Source of the DNA: a virus
Length of the DNA: 64,000 nucleotides
Strand: one strand, 5' to 3'
IMG/VR virus record: IMGVR_UViG_3300045988_137032
Location: 1-64,000 of that record
In this document: positions 46,024 to 53,424 of the stretch, piece by piece
How the letters are laid out: every line of letters starts with the position of its first letter
Position numbering within the stretch: position 1 is the stretch's first letter
The notes under the pieces: model-generated
The model's input: the letters and a program-made list of their open reading frames with translations, nothing else
Database searches by the model: none
What the model was told of the DNA's origin: nothing
Program-made: the position numbers and the translations under genes

Positions 46024-46860
46024 ATGAATTATGAATCCAGACTGACTGATCTTCAATGTGAGATTGCTTGTGAGAAAGCAGTATCAGATGCAATGTATGC
46101 AAGTGATAAATTTGTGATTTCTGTAATGGAAAATGCGAATGATCCTGATTTTCATTTCCTTTATGAGATGAATATGGAGGATGTTCGATCTGCATTTATT
46201 ACTGCGATCCAAAATATTCTGGATGCTCTTGCTGAGTTTGCTCGTAAGGTTTCTGTTGCTATGGCATCTGCTATTCAGGCTAAGAAGCTGAATGAGAAGC
46301 TTAGTGAAGTGAAAGCTATCATGGCAAAGAATCGTTCCAAATTCCTTGATAAGAAAATCAATATTTTTGATATTTACAAGTTTAATAAGTATTATACTGA
46401 GTATATCAATAAATATACGAAGGATATTAAGGATATGGCTTCAAGGAAATTTAATTCTATTGAAGACTACGAGAAGTGGCGTGATAAGATGCAGGAAGAT
46501 CTTGCTGAGTTTAACTTCAAACTTACGGATGAAGAGCAGTGGAAACTCTCCGTTTCTATCAATAAGGCCATTGAATTGAGTGATGATGAAGTCACCAATT
46601 ACAAGAAGAATATTGCTCTTGCCCATCAGTATGGTGAAAAGACTATTACTGACTTAAAGGGTTCCTTTAAGAGTGAAGAGAAGATGAGTGATTCCGAAGT
46701 GAATCCGGATACAAAAGCAGCTTCTCTGTTACGAATGTCGAATAATCTCGTTATTAGCTTCTGTAATCAGATTGCTAGTATTGCGAGAACCGTTATTCGT
46801 ACTATCGAGAAACATCCGTTTGCTACACTTGCACTTGTCATCGTTGCAATTGCTATGTAA
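46024..46860 (+). CDS. hypothetical helical protein with C-terminal membrane anchor
   Basis: The ATG at 46024 follows AAAGGAG. The C-terminus is HPFATLALVIVAIAM. Its architecture resembles 28221..29732. Confidence 0.75.
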   Translation: MNYESRLTDLQCEIACEKAVSDAMYASDKFVISVMENANDPDFHFLYEMNMEDVRSAFITAIQNILDALAEFARKVSVAMASAIQAKKLNEKLSEVKAIMAKNRSKFLDKKINIFDIYKFNKYYTEYINKYTKDIKDMASRKFNSIEDYEKWRDKMQEDLAEFNFKLTDEEQWKLSVSINKAIELSDDEVTNYKKNIALAHQYGEKTITDLKGSFKSEEKMSDSEVNPDTKAASLLRMSNNLVISFCNQIASIARTVIRTIEKHPFATLALVIVAIAM

Positions 46861-46861
46861 T

Positions 46862-46909
46862 AAAAGTACCAATGAAGAATCTATTAAAGATATCTTCATT
46901 GGTACTTTT
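46862..46909. terminator. bidirectional terminator between convergent genes
   Basis: 17-bp stem AAAAGTACCAATGAAGA/TCTTCATTGGTACTTTT. Confidence 0.8.
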
Positions 46910-46911
46910 CA

Positions 46912-47313
46912 TTATTTCTTTGGATAGTTATTCTTTGCCTTAATTTTATTATAGAAATATTTCTCGATAAAGTTCAAAGTTCTAGGTTCTACCTGAGGGA
47001 AATCTTCTTTCCCTAAGAACTGGATAGCAAACTCATCCGGATGCTCTTTGATACGCTGCAATAGTTGAGTTGTGAAAGATCTCAACCTACGAATACTTCT
47101 GTCATCATGAGCCATCTTCTCTTTATTCATATAAAGAGGGCACTCATGACACATTTTGTAGCTCATGATATTTGCAAGAACCGGAATATGCGGATATAAA
47201 CCATACTTGCAGTAATGATGTTCCTCATCGTTTCTTTTCCTTACGATATGATACAGACATTCTGTGCATAGGCAATTGGTTTGAACCAATTCCGGCTGTG
47301 ATTTATTTTCCAT
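46912..47313 (-). CDS. Cys/His-rich (zinc-binding-like) protein, paralog A
   Basis: Start moved to the ATG at 47313 (MENKSQPE), which follows AAGGAG and overlaps the upstream stop by 11 nt. The Cys/His pattern is CLCTECLYH..HHYCKYGLYP..MCHECPLYM, followed by RIKEHPDEF. Confidence 0.7.
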   Translation of the reverse strand: MENKSQPELVQTNCLCTECLYHIVRKRNDEEHHYCKYGLYPHIPVLANIMSYKMCHECPLYMNKEKMAHDDRSIRRLRSFTTQLLQRIKEHPDEFAIQFLGKEDFPQVEPRTLNFIEKYFYNKIKAKNNYPKK

Positions 47314-47755
47314 CTTTATTTTTCTCCTTGATATATTTTTTCTCAGCAGCTTCTCTCCGGAGATCCCATCCAATTGGATGCACTTTATCTGCAATACGCT
47401 TTAACATCCATTTCTGGAACCAATTCAAATTGATTCCCATATAGTCCGTAAGGAACTGATCCGGATGAGACTTAATCCGTTCGATAAGTTGATACGACAA
47501 TTTCCGAATACCATTTCTGGTAACTTTATTCTTTGTAATCGTATCACCATCCATATAGAATGGACATCTTCCATATGTGCTCTGGTGTCCGTATGACATA
47601 ATTTGATTATCCGGCACAGGATACATACCGAGCTTACAGAAATCTGCACTCGTACTAATTGGACTATCATCAGGCCCAACCATTTTGTACTCATGATAGA
47701 TGCATTCCGATAAGCCGCAATGTGTGCATTTCGGATTTTCCGCATTTAATTCCAT
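47303..47755 (-). CDS. Cys/His-rich (zinc-binding-like) protein, paralog B
   Basis: AAGGAGG RBS. The pattern is CTHCGLSECIYH..DFCKLGMYP..GRCPFYM, followed by RIKSHPDQF. Confidence 0.75.
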   Translation of the reverse strand: MELNAENPKCTHCGLSECIYHEYKMVGPDDSPISTSADFCKLGMYPVPDNQIMSYGHQSTYGRCPFYMDGDTITKNKVTRNGIRKLSYQLIERIKSHPDQFLTDYMGINLNWFQKWMLKRIADKVHPIGWDLRREAAEKKYIKEKNKDGK

Positions 47756-47769
47756 GACTAAATCCTCCT

Positions 47770-48312
47770 TTATTTTCCGGTGGAACCAATGCCACCGTTT
47801 CTTGTTCCAAGTTCATCTTTATTTTCGATTGCAACACCATACTGCAAGAAAATACCCTGACAGAACTTCTGACCCTTCTCAATAGTAAGCGCTGTCGTAG
47901 AATCACTCGGTACATGAATCTTCACCATGATATGCCCTTCATTTGTTTCATCATTGCTCTCACTATTATAATAGTCAGCATCTACAATGCCGATTGTATT
48001 AGCAAGAGTCATACCATATCTAAAGCCAAGACCGCTCTTCGGGCACAATACAAGTACCCAATTAGGATCAATCTCACATTTGATACCGGTTTTTACTACT
48101 ACAGATTCACCAGGTTTGATGGTGAAGTCTTCTGTGCTGTAGAAATCATATCCTGCACTGTGCTTTGTAGCACGCGTAGGAAGCTTGATTTCATCATACT
48201 CGCACAGTTTAGTTTCTCCGTTAATAATTAAATTATTACGGAGTTTATCCCACTGCCGGATATTATCCCACTGCTTCTCAGATACTTTTTCGAAATTTGC
48301 AATGTAACCCAT
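47770..48312 (-). CDS. dut: dUTP diphosphatase (trimeric dUTPase)
   Basis: The motifs present are SAGYDFYS, CPKSGLG, IGIVDADYY, and the C-terminal RNGGIGSTGK. Confidence 0.85.
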   Translation of the reverse strand: MGYIANFEKVSEKQWDNIRQWDKLRNNLIINGETKLCEYDEIKLPTRATKHSAGYDFYSTEDFTIKPGESVVVKTGIKCEIDPNWVLVLCPKSGLGFRYGMTLANTIGIVDADYYNSESNDETNEGHIMVKIHVPSDSTTALTIEKGQKFCQGIFLQYGVAIENKDELGTRNGGIGSTGK

Positions 48313-48381
48313 GATAACATTTTCCTTTCTTGATTCAAGAGGGTTTATTTGTCTTATGTGTTTGTGAAGTCAATAGCAGAA

Positions 48382-48422
48382 AAATACTCCTATACTAGAT
48401 AGATTCCAGTATAGGAGTATTT
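48382..48422. terminator. hairpin terminator at the 3-prime end of the tRNA cluster
   Basis: 15-bp stem AAATACTCCTATACT/AGTATAGGAGTATTT. Confidence 0.7.
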
Positions 48423-48426
48423 AAGT

Positions 48427-48500
48427 TGGCTGCCCTGTCCTGTTACGATCAGGATTCAGTAGTTTCAAAGACTACTGGCTTACCATTGGCCTACAGGGCA
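48427..48500 (-). tRNA. tRNA-Gln (anticodon UUG), CCA encoded
   Basis: Hand-folded cloverleaf from the reverse complement: TGCCCTG TA GGC CAATGGTAA GCC A GTAGT CTTTGAA ACTAC TGAA TCCTG ATCGTAA CAGGA CAGGGCA G CCA. It has the U1-A72 pair typical of tRNA-Gln. Confidence 0.8.
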
Positions 48501-48513
48501 ATATGTATTTATC

Positions 48514-48568
48514 CAGTATATGATCTGCTATCCAAGGTCAAGCAGGAAGGATAGCAGATCATATACTG
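48514..48568. repeat. perfect 20-bp inverted repeat (hairpin) inside the tRNA cluster
   Basis: CAGTATATGATCTGCTATCC (48514..48533) pairs with GGATAGCAGATCATATACTG (48549..48568). The loop is 15 nt. Confidence 0.85.
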
Positions 48569-48667
48569 ATTCTAGGAGGTTATCTATACGCAGCACAAAT
48601 GGTAAAGACTACACCCATTGCACGTGCGGTAATGTCTTAGAAGAGGATATATTTTGTATACCCTCCA

Positions 48668-48758
48668 TGGCGCCAGCACTCGGGTACGATCCGAGGATAC
48701 GTTGTTAGCGTATGCCGGTTTTCAAGACCGGTGTATTCGACCACTCTACCATACTGGC
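48668..48758 (-). tRNA. tRNA-Ser (anticodon UGA), class II, CCA encoded
   Basis: The acceptor stem is GCCAGTA/TGCTGGC. The anticodon arm is CCGGT CTTGAAA ACCGG. The long variable arm is CATACG-CTAACAA-CGTATC. The T arm is CTCGG ATCGTAC CCGAG. The discriminator is G73. Confidence 0.8.
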
Positions 48759-48765
48759 TTATAAT

Positions 48766-48802
48766 GAATATCCATCCCATATCCTGTATACAATGGATAT
48801 TC
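48766..48802. repeat. 10-bp perfect inverted repeat between tRNA-Ser and tRNA-Thr
   Basis: GAATATCCAT (48766..48775) pairs with ATGGATATTC (48793..48802). Confidence 0.8.
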
Positions 48803-48803
48803 T

Positions 48804-48878
48804 TGGTGCCGGATGTTGGGATTGAGCCAACTTTTGAGAATTACAAATTCCCTGTCTTCACCATTGGACGAATCCGGC
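48804..48878 (-). tRNA. tRNA-Thr (anticodon UGU), CCA encoded
   Basis: The acceptor stem is GCCGGAT/ATCCGGC. The anticodon arm is GGGAA TTTGTAA TTCTC. The T arm is GTTGG CTCAATC CCAAC. Confidence 0.75.
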
Positions 48879-48884
48879 TAGATA

Positions 48885-48963
48885 TGTCAATACTCGGACT
48901 TGAACCGAGACCCTTTCGGACTACCACCTCAAAGTAGCGTGTCTGCCTTTCCACCATATTGAC
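48885..48963 (-). tRNA. tRNA-Leu (anticodon GAG), class II, no encoded CCA
   Basis: The acceptor stem is GTCAATA/TATTGAC. The anticodon arm is CTACT TTGAGGT GGTAG. The variable arm is TCCGAAAGGGT. The T arm is the canonical CTCGG TTCAAGT CCGAG. The discriminator is A73. Confidence 0.75.
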
Positions 48964-49154
48964 ACATATTATTTCTTTTTATTAGAGATAACTATTTGTT
49001 CTTGTGAGTGAATCTTTATATTTATATATTATATACTTGAGTTACAATAAAGGAGGCAATTATTATATGTAGCTTTATAAAAAAGAATCCAGTAGATTAC
49101 AGAATCCTAAACCCTATAAGACTACAGATAACGACAACAAGGAGTGACTAGAAT

Positions 49155-51221
49155 ATGAGTATGACAGTTCCTGCTATTCCGGATACGAAAGAACTCGAAA
49201 AGTATATCAAACCGATTTACTTTATCGAAGATTACATGGTAAGCGAAGAAACCTATAGTGCATTTGAAGATCGAATTTATGATGTGGTGAAAGGGTGTTT
49301 TGAAATTAAAGAATGCAGGGAATACCCTGTGAAGTTTAAGTTCTATAAGGATGACAAAGAGATGCATGAATTGCAGCTCCGTCATTTCTTGATCAATGTA
49401 TTCATGTGGCATCCGTTTGTGAATCTGTATGATACGGATTTTCATATGGATAAAACCTTCATTGTGGATTGCTTTACTGAGATTCCTCATTTGGAGGATT
49501 TCATTAATCCAAAGATCATTGAGGTTCTGAGAGATTACAGTGTACGAAATACTGTGATTAACGAAAGCGTATCCAACGTACTACACAATCTGAGAAGCAT
49601 TTCGATCAATTTCGCATTGATTATGGGATTGACGATCTCTACGAATACCTTCTTGGATTGGTATACGGAAGATAAAGAACTTCATGATATCATGAATACG
49701 ACTTTCCCGCTTGATAAACAGCCTAGTGAAATCGAAGAAGCACTGGCTGATATTCAGGTAAGAGAAATCGAAGAGATCAAAACTCGTAAGGATGATCCGG
49801 TTGGTATTATTCTGAGAGCAGATACCGGCATTAAGCACAAGCAGCTTGTTGAGTTTACTGCTCATATGGGCTTGAAACCCGACCTTGCAGGTGTTACGAT
49901 TCCTCTGCCTATCAACTCTTCTACTTTGATTAGAGGTTTGGATAAACCCAGTTCTCATTACATTGATGCACTGGGCGGCCGTAAGTCTCTGATTATGAAT
50001 AAGAAGGTCATGGGTAGAGCTGGTTATTTCGGCAAGGTTGTGCTGCTTCTGGCACGTACTCTGTCTCTGTCCATGGATGTATCTGATTGTGGTAGTAAGC
50101 ATTATCTAAAGATTATGATTACTTCCAAGAAGATGCTCCAGAAGTACAATAACCGTTACTACCTTGATCATTCCACTGGTGATCTCAAGTGTCTGAATGC
50201 GGAAACCGATACCCATTTGATTGGTACCTACGTAGATTTTCGCAGTCCGATTACTTGTAAGTGTGGTGATAAAGTTTGCCATGTCTGCTTCGGCCGTACT
50301 TCTCTGCTGAACCTTGATATCGCTGATGGCGTTACTGGCTTTGAAGTTGAGGAAGTTACCAAGGTTGTCAACCAGATGATTCTGTCCACGAAGCATCTTT
50401 TGACTACTGTGTCTGAGAAGATCAGCTTCAATGATGACTTCCATCGGTTCTTCCGTCTGTACTGTGGTGAGATTATTCCTCTCACTGCTGAAGAAGCAAT
50501 CCCTGACATTGATGATTGGGCAGTCTGGGTTGATCCCACTACCATTCAGAGATCCGATGATCTGGATGAAGATTCTTCCTTCAACAGCTATGTGCTGGGT
50601 GGATTCTATGTCCAGAATATGAAGACTGGTGAGGTCATCCAGATTAAGACTGACGAAGGCCGTGAGCTTTATCTGACAGATGAACTGATCGATCTCGTTA
50701 AGAAGGGACATGGATATGCAAAGTTCTCTGAGATGACGGAGTTCACTACGCTGTTCAAGATCATTATCATGAACAACGAATTGACGAAGCCTCTGTATTC
50801 TCTGATGAACCTGCTGAATAATTCGAAGTCTACTTCGAATGGTACCATCACCTATCATGAGATGGCTCAGAAGTTTACTGAGCTTCTGCTGGATGCCGGT
50901 ATTAAGGCGACTGCACTGTCTGGCGAGCTTATCATCAACCGTTTGATTCGCAATGATCCCGACGTTGATTATGATCGTCCTGACTTCTCCAAGGAGGATA
51001 TTGGTAAGTATAAGATCGTCAATGTCCTGAACGCTATCGAGTACAACAAGTCTCCTTTGCTTGGTCTGGCCGGTCAGAATCTGAAGCGTCAGCTTCTGTC
51101 GGATGCTCTGGTTACTACGAAGGATTCTCCGTCTTATATTGATGCATACTTCAAGAAGAAGACTTCTACGGAAAACTTTATCCGTAAGCATCACAAACCT
51201 GAAGAATCCTCTGACTGTTAA
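49155..51221 (+). CDS. multisubunit RNA polymerase beta-prime-like subunit, C-terminal fragment (stand-alone gene)
   Basis: ILRADTGIKHKQLVEFTAHMGLKPDLAGVTIPLPINS..RGL..HYIDALGGRKSLIMNKKVMGRAGYFGKVVLLLARTL..DCGSK aligns with the bacterial beta-prime SGARGS..GMRGL..P.G..PI..EGL..YF.S..GARKGL.DTALKTA.SGYLTRRLVDV..DCGT region. FRSPITCKCGDKVCHVCFGRTSL aligns with VRS..C..GVC..CYGRDL. Confidence 0.8.
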   Translation: MSMTVPAIPDTKELEKYIKPIYFIEDYMVSEETYSAFEDRIYDVVKGCFEIKECREYPVKFKFYKDDKEMHELQLRHFLINVFMWHPFVNLYDTDFHMDKTFIVDCFTEIPHLEDFINPKIIEVLRDYSVRNTVINESVSNVLHNLRSISINFALIMGLTISTNTFLDWYTEDKELHDIMNTTFPLDKQPSEIEEALADIQVREIEEIKTRKDDPVGIILRADTGIKHKQLVEFTAHMGLKPDLAGVTIPLPINSSTLIRGLDKPSSHYIDALGGRKSLIMNKKVMGRAGYFGKVVLLLARTLSLSMDVSDCGSKHYLKIMITSKKMLQKYNNRYYLDHSTGDLKCLNAETDTHLIGTYVDFRSPITCKCGDKVCHVCFGRTSLLNLDIADGVTGFEVEEVTKVVNQMILSTKHLLTTVSEKISFNDDFHRFFRLYCGEIIPLTAEEAIPDIDDWAVWVDPTTIQRSDDLDEDSSFNSYVLGGFYVQNMKTGEVIQIKTDEGRELYLTDELIDLVKKGHGYAKFSEMTEFTTLFKIIIMNNELTKPLYSLMNLLNNSKSTSNGTITYHEMAQKFTELLLDAGIKATALSGELIINRLIRNDPDVDYDRPDFSKEDIGKYKIVNVLNAIEYNKSPLLGLAGQNLKRQLLSDALVTTKDSPSYIDAYFKKKTSTENFIRKHHKPEESSDC

Positions 51222-51232
51222 TTAATTAAAAA

Positions 51233-51269
51233 CCCGACTATCAACTAACGATAGTCGGGCTTATTTTTT
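51233..51269 (+). terminator. intrinsic terminator after the RNAP beta-prime fragment gene
   Basis: 10-bp stem CCCGACTATC/GATAGTCGGG followed by CTTATTTTTT. Confidence 0.8.
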
Positions 51270-51288
51270 ATGAAGGAGGTAATTATAT

Positions 51289-52155
51289 ATGGCATCTGAT
51301 GAGTTTTTCAAATTATCTAAGATGGCCCATAATCGTATCAATATCAAGCAGACTCAAAAGGGTGGAAACAATATCATCCAGTGTCAGAATATCCACATCG
51401 ATCAGAATATGAATATTACTGGTGATGGAAACCATGTAACTGGTATTCATATCGGAGTTGATGGAGATGTCATTGACGATTTTAACAATGGGAAGAAATC
51501 TGCTAATGATGTCAGGAATACAGCTCTCTATGGTGGATCTACCAAGAAAGAAAAATATCTGAAGAGAAAAAGGTATCACGGAATTCTCAATAGTGATCCA
51601 GAAGACTATAAAACTGCAGAACCACTTGAGGATTTCCTTCACTTCTACGAAACGAATGCTTATAAGGAAGGATATCTTCTGGAACGAAAAATCAAAGGAG
51701 TTATTCACGATAGTGAGAACTTTAGGATTCTTCCTGCGTTTATGTCGAATAAGTTTAGTAAGCTTTTCTCGACAAGGAATATCTACAGTGAATCTGCTAA
51801 AGATCCGATTCTTGGTATTGAGGTAGATAGGGCATATAATATCTACTATCGAATTACAGATAACGCTGTATTCTATATCATCAGTAAAGATGTGCCTGGA
51901 TTCAAATCGTTTTGTCCTTTTAGTCTTGAAATGTGTCATCTCGTTGAGCTTCGGTATTTCAGGAAAGATAATACTTCGGCTCCCGTTTTCTATGATCCTA
52001 AGAATGATTATCTGTATACAAAAGATGATAATACGATCATTCTTAGTAAGGTTACAGAAACCAGTTTTCAGAAGTTCCTCGATCTCTTATGGGCAATGAA
52101 ATTTGAAATCTTCATTGTAATTCTTATTATTCTCATCTATATCAATTTTCACTAA
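51289..52155 (+). CDS. hypothetical protein with C-terminal membrane anchor
   Basis: 288-aa ORF with a GAAGGAGG RBS. The C-terminus is FEIFIVILIILIYINF. The bidirectional terminator at 52159..52200 follows. Confidence 0.75.
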   Translation: MASDEFFKLSKMAHNRINIKQTQKGGNNIIQCQNIHIDQNMNITGDGNHVTGIHIGVDGDVIDDFNNGKKSANDVRNTALYGGSTKKEKYLKRKRYHGILNSDPEDYKTAEPLEDFLHFYETNAYKEGYLLERKIKGVIHDSENFRILPAFMSNKFSKLFSTRNIYSESAKDPILGIEVDRAYNIYYRITDNAVFYIISKDVPGFKSFCPFSLEMCHLVELRYFRKDNTSAPVFYDPKNDYLYTKDDNTIILSKVTETSFQKFLDLLWAMKFEIFIVILIILIYINFH

Positions 52156-52158
52156 AAG

Positions 52159-52200
52159 AATAACCGCTGTGGAAGATTTATATCAACCACAGCGGTTATT
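52159..52200. terminator. bidirectional terminator between convergent genes
   Basis: 14-bp stem AATAACCGCTGTGG/CCACAGCGGTTATT. Confidence 0.8.
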
Positions 52201-52671
52201 TTATTTTTTCTTCTTATTGAGATAATACTCTTTCATCTCAAACTTATCACATGTCTCAAATCCATGCTTTGCATGATAATTACCTACATGCTTTCTTGGG
52301 AAATCCTTTTCATTCATTCCTCGAATACAACTACCAAGGAATTGTCGATTCTTTCCATTCGTAATGAAATGCTTACACAGATAACAGCATCTACTCCTGT
52401 GATGTGCTCTCACACAGTCATGTTCTTTTTTATAGTAATACTGAAGATAATCCATGTAGTCCATTACAAGATTCTCTTTCGTCCAATCAACTTCTTCTCC
52501 AACGTCTACTTCTTCAAAGAAGTAGGAATATACGTCATCATATCGACTGTCTGTATTTGTTAGAAAGTCTTCCATCCTAGCACCCGGAATTCCCTTGTAG
52601 ACATAAGGATGGTTATTCTCTACCCAGGTATCATCGTGGTGAGGAAAAAAGGAGACACGATACGTGCTCAT
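52201..52671 (-). CDS. Cys/His-rich protein, distant relative of 46912..47755 pair
   Basis: 156-aa ORF with an AGAAAGGA RBS. The Cys/His pattern is HDCVRAHHRSRCCYLCKHF..GSCIRG..HAKHGFETCDKFE. Confidence 0.7.
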   Translation of the reverse strand: MSTYRVSFFPHHDDTWVENNHPYVYKGIPGARMEDFLTNTDSRYDDVYSYFFEEVDVGEEVDWTKENLVMDYMDYLQYYYKKEHDCVRAHHRSRCCYLCKHFITNGKNRQFLGSCIRGMNEKDFPRKHVGNYHAKHGFETCDKFEMKEYYLNKKKK

Positions 52672-52759
52672 ACATAATCAGTCCTTTCTATATATTTTTA
52701 CATACACCATTACACTAACGTAATCTCGAAAGTAGAATGGTAGTCAGTGTTTTTAATAA

Positions 52760-53366
52760 TTACTACCACTACATAGAGATAGCAAGGTTTTAATTCGGTG
52801 TAATCCCGAAGCGATGTCGTGATGACATTCGTAACGCTTAATTCCTTCCATTCATAGTCCAAGCCTGGGCACCGACGCGCCTATTCGTAGCTGGATTAGA
52901 CTACCGTTTTTAGTAGCGGGCTAGGTGATAAATAATAGGGTGTTTGGAAGGACGTGTGGTTTAAACGAATTAAACTGAGTTGCTAGTAATCTCCATACAT
53001 GGAAAACTAGCAGACAGGTAAATGCGGACCTGTCGGAGAGTAGACTTGTATACGCATCCTTGGAGGTGTAGAGGATCGCCGTTGTTTTCGGGATCAGTAA
53101 ACGATATCAGAAACCGCTTGTCAGGATATCCTAGCGCCTAACGGCGTTTTGATTTTCTGGCGAATAACAGCGTGTTATTGGTATTGCAGGTTAACCCTCC
53201 CTCTCTAGCGATTACTGTAAATGATTTCATTTGCAGTTGTTCTATATTTGCTGTTTGAAGACGAAAGTCCCCTTCAGATGGCCATAATGCCTTTCAAAAT
53301 TGATTGATAATCACCACATGTACGGCTTCGTTGTTTCACCGTATATGTGGTGATTATCAATACCCT
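52760..53366 (+). ncRNA. candidate large structured noncoding RNA 1 (or structured 5-prime leader of 53425..54141)
   Basis: The track shows no ORF of 60 aa or more in any frame across 52672..53424. G+C is locally elevated (32/60 in 52861..52920 by my count). There are many hairpins, including GACAGGT/ACCTGTC at 53013..53034 and GCTAGT/ACTAGC at 52982..53011. A long-range 8-bp pairing joins 52803..52810 to 53087..53094. A 22-bp stem at 53304..53360 contains a G-T wobble that is only compatible with the plus strand. Confidence 0.4.
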
Positions 53367-53424
53367 ATACGACATGTAGTTAATTTTACCCACGGAAATA
53401 AATAACGGAAAGGGTGTTTTAACT

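Noticed and set aside
48520-48937. Track ORFs 48520..48708(+) and 48731..48937(+) as protein-coding genes
   Set aside because: They overlap the hand-folded tRNA-Ser, tRNA-Thr and tRNA-Leu genes on the opposite strand and have no RBS.
48313-49154. Prophage attachment site or host junction at the tRNA cluster
   Set aside because: Both flanks carry phage-type genes (the dUTPase and the RNAP beta-prime fragment) with the same RBS and terminator style. There is no integrase and no partial tRNA duplication.
53256-53276. RNase P RNA-like CR-I element (CGAAAGTCCCC resembles GGAAAGUCC)
   Set aside because: It is an isolated short match near the 3-prime end of the block. The other universally conserved RNase P regions, and the expected 5-prime position of CR-I, are absent.
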